A stretch of DNA of 64,000 bases from an uncultured Nitrospiraceae bacterium (GTDB lineage Bacteria; Nitrospirota; Thermodesulfovibrionia; Thermodesulfovibrionales; Dissulfurispiraceae): assembly GCA_963727805.1 (NCBI GenBank), contig CAVSHF010000004.1, positions 1 through 64,000 of the forward strand, written 5' to 3'. The notes beneath the pieces are model-generated. The model was given only the letters and a program-made list of their open reading frames with translations, did no database searches and was not told the DNA's origin. This document shows positions 61,386-64,000 of this stretch, piece by piece. The position numbers and the translations under genes were made by a program. Positions within the stretch are counted from its first letter, which is position 1. Each line of letters starts with the position of its first letter.

Positions 61386-63209
61386 TCATTTCTCTATTTT
61401 CTTTTTTGGTGATATTGGATTCTTGACTTTGAACTCGCCCTCCAATATTTTGATGTTGAACCGCATCATTTGCAAGTCACTTTCTTTAAATGCATAAGAA
61501 TCTCTAACGTTATCATGGTAAAAGGAAGCTATTTCGTTGAGTTCATGCGGACCGGCAGTAAAGGCATACATTGTAAATAAATGCATGAGTACCGAGGGAT
61601 CGTCAATATCATGAAAACGCGAAGGGCTTAAATCGATCGAGTTAAACTGCGAGTTGTGTTCCTCATAAAAGGATTTAAGTACTATGACGGCCGCTATTTT
61701 GTCAAAATAGGCAAGCTTCCATTGAGGGGAGTGTAAAAACAATGATATGATCTTTTGTTCTTTGAGATTAATAAGAGCAGCTTTAAAACCGTACTTCGCA
61801 GTCAAGTTATCTAATGCTTCAGGCGTCAACCCTGACTTTAGCTCAAACCAATCTCTCACAACTCCGTTGACATATGGACCATAACGGGGATCAATAAAAA
61901 CTTTATATTCCGGGTAGAGGCTCCAGATCATATACCCGCCTGTCAAATAATCATTAAATAAAGGACCAGGCACCTTATGTTCTTTGATAAAAGCGATTTC
62001 TTTTTCAGGGACCGAATCCATTATATTTGTACCGAGCCATGAGAGCCTTGGGAAATAGGTTGTAAAATACATATCTGAAGCTACAAAGTAGACTAGCAGG
62101 ATAAGTGCAATCCATTTGAGCAATCGCTGTGGAACAATCAATGTTCTGATACTCCGATATAGGTAAGGCATTGAGAAAAGCCAGATGAGAGGGAAATAAT
62201 ACCTGGAACGACCTGCCATCATGCTCAAAGTAAAAAAAAGGAAATTTATGATTATTATCGTGGGATCGACCTTTTTAGTCTTTACGTAAACATAAGCATT
62301 TACGAGGACGAATATCGTAATCATAATAATCATAAACCATGCTATCTGGATAGGTCTTATTGAGAATCCGGGTGGGAAAAGCTGGATCCAGAGGCTATCA
62401 AAAGCTTGAATGTAGCCGACCGTATAATGCATATAGTCCGAAAAAAATAAGTCTTTCAACAGACCGAGATGGTAATAGATACCATAAGGATTTACGAGCA
62501 GAGCGATGTAAGATAAAATAATACTGAACCCGAAGGACTTTAAAAGATTAACGGGTAGGGGGCTCTTTCGTAAAATGGCATAATCGAGTAGTTCAAGCAT
62601 GAAAACGGAAGTAATAAATAGTATGCCAAAGATGAAGACGCCGTGAATGTTTACCCAAAGCAGAAATAGAGGAGGATAAAGATAAAACAGATGCCTTGAG
62701 GAAGTCTTGGAGTAAATAAAGATAAAAACAACCAGCGCAAAAAAGAATACTGAAAAAAGTTCAGTTTTGACAGATGCTTGATATATGGCATAAGAAACCA
62801 GGAATAAAGATAAAATATGCAGACTGTTAAAGTCATCACCGATGGTTTTCAGATAATAGAGATATAAAGAATAAATCGCCAATAGGCTTATGATTTGCAT
62901 TGAGTATAAACCTGCAAATGAAAATACAGTGAAGATAAGATACATCAGGACGTCGCCAAGCCATGATACATACTGCCAGTCGGAGACGGTTTGTGACCAA
63001 GAGAATATTGAATGATCTATAATCCACGTATGATGCTGGACAAAGTATTCACCGTACTTCAGATGCCACCATATATCATAATCATCATAAACATCGGGAT
63101 AACATATCATGACAATCATAACGAGCATCACCATGAGTAGGATACATTTTAAAATATATTTCTTATTCAGCAAGCTGGCTGTTTCCATGGGATAAAGATC
63201 TTCCTTCAT
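61386..63209 (-). CDS. Polytopic membrane protein, GT-C-fold glycosyltransferase-like
   Basis: Acidic DDYDIWWHL..G motif after TM1, LWVNIHG, many TM helices, then a periplasmic FNDY..GGY..W..FIDPR domain. Confidence 0.65.
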   Translation of the reverse strand: MKEDLYPMETASLLNKKYILKCILLMVMLVMIVMICYPDVYDDYDIWWHLKYGEYFVQHHTWIIDHSIFSWSQTVSDWQYVSWLGDVLMYLIFTVFSFAGLYSMQIISLLAIYSLYLYYLKTIGDDFNSLHILSLFLVSYAIYQASVKTELFSVFFFALVVFIFIYSKTSSRHLFYLYPPLFLLWVNIHGVFIFGILFITSVFMLELLDYAILRKSPLPVNLLKSFGFSIILSYIALLVNPYGIYYHLGLLKDLFFSDYMHYTVGYIQAFDSLWIQLFPPGFSIRPIQIAWFMIIMITIFVLVNAYVYVKTKKVDPTIIIINFLFFTLSMMAGRSRYYFPLIWLFSMPYLYRSIRTLIVPQRLLKWIALILLVYFVASDMYFTTYFPRLSWLGTNIMDSVPEKEIAFIKEHKVPGPLFNDYLTGGYMIWSLYPEYKVFIDPRYGPYVNGVVRDWFELKSGLTPEALDNLTAKYGFKAALINLKEQKIISLFLHSPQWKLAYFDKIAAVIVLKSFYEEHNSQFNSIDLSPSRFHDIDDPSVLMHLFTMYAFTAGPHELNEIASFYHDNVRDSYAFKESDLQMMRFNIKILEGEFKVKNPISPKKKIEK

Positions 63210-63305
63210 TCGGGATCCTCATGCAGGATATTTACCAAAGACTGCGACAAAGGGTCTCCGCTCCGCGAGCTCCGAGCCGTGGATTCCATCACCGCAGGGA
63301 TCCCG

Positions 63306-63727
63306 TGTATTGCCTCAGACGGAAATGGATTTTCATGCGCATGAGTTAAGGGAGAGCAATGCTCTCCTGAGCTGTGATATCCTGACGTATTTTTACCGCT
63401 CTGAGCTGTCTGACCGCATCCAGTTTTTGATCCCGTGCTTTGAATATCTTTTTCTCCCTGTCTGTGAGTTTTTCAGCGGTAATGATTAGCCAAATGACGC
63501 TATGAAGCCGGACCGCATTGTGATGATCGTTGTAATCTGCCATAATCTTTCCGCCATCGTCAAGACACAGAAGCGTTTTCGAGCGGATGCAATCTGCCCC
63601 AATCGTTTTATGGCACCGTTCGAGCTGTTCGTGTAATTATGGATAATATTGCGAAGTCTTTGCATTCCCTGTTTGAGATAGTTCATCTCATCTAAACGAA
63701 AAGTCCATTTCAAGCTGGACTGAAACA
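63306..63727 (-). mobile_element. Internally deleted IS3/IS481-like element (422 bp, MITE-like)
   Basis: Imperfect TGT..CAG...GAAATGGA TIRs, CCCG duplication at 63302-63305 and 63728-63731, and a decayed integrase C-terminus (SNG.I.R; RLHS..EKL..RE..IF..RD.KL). Confidence 0.75.
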
Positions 63728-63800
63728 CCCGCAGGACGCTGCGGGGAATGCACTTGAGTCTATAGGTTTAGATTTTGAGAAGTTCGTTCGTCATTTAGAA

Positions 63801-63833
63801 ACAAGAAAGGAGGGTAAAACCCTCCTTTCTTGT
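63801..63833 (-). terminator. Strong stem-loop terminator after the pilin-like gene
   Basis: Perfect inverted repeat ACAAGAAAGGAGGG / CCCTCCTTTCTTGT. Confidence 0.85.
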
Positions 63834-63857
63834 CCGAAGCTAAAAGTACGGTCAGAA

Positions 63858-64000
63858 TTAATTACAGGTGAATGACGAGTTAGTGTAAGAGCAAGTTGCC
63901 GTTCCGTTGTTAACTTTCACAGCTACTGCATTGCCAAATACAACATTGCCATTGTTATCGAGAGCCAGTGTTTGGTCAGTACCATTACAAGGAAGCTGAT
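63858..64000 (-). CDS. C-terminus of a probable pilin-like/surface protein (5' part outside window)
   Basis: Reads QLPCNGTDQTLALDNNGNVVFGNAVAVKVNNGTATCSYTNSSFTCN*, with a terminal Cys pair and a strong terminator. Confidence 0.55.
   Translation of the reverse strand, partial: QLPCNGTDQTLALDNNGNVVFGNAVAVKVNNGTATCSYTNSSFTCN

Overview
Bacterial genomic window with two parts. The gene repertoire (split atpBE, stand-alone IMP cyclohydrolase, globin-PsiE protein) suggests an anaerobic Nitrospirota/Desulfobacterota-like organism; this is inference only. Positions 1-37.4 kb are an accessory, decaying region lying 3' of tRNA-Ala(GGC). It holds three IS110-family elements (one with a readable two-loop bridge-RNA-like structure, apparently inserted into the RNA region of another), an IS200-type element whose two terminal hairpins are each interrupted at the same site by identical IS1182 copies, an IS1202/ISNCY element flanked by two structured non-coding regions, a GC-rich phosphoketolase/aldolase/H+-ATPase cluster with pgm and ackA pseudogenes, a degenerate vapBC pair, ion transporters and several orphans. 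Positions 37.5-52.8 kb are housekeeping genes (atpEB, purD, purH N-half, metG, ricT, holB, tmk, core methionine synthase, bS22, dehydratase-activator fusion). Positions 53-63.2 kb are an AT-rich 11-gene cassette for a heavily tailored, probably lipid-linked amino sugar with a GT-C-like transferase. It lies directly downstream of the C-terminus of a pilin-like, sequon-rich protein cut by the window edge. All calls come from manual reading; no searches were run.
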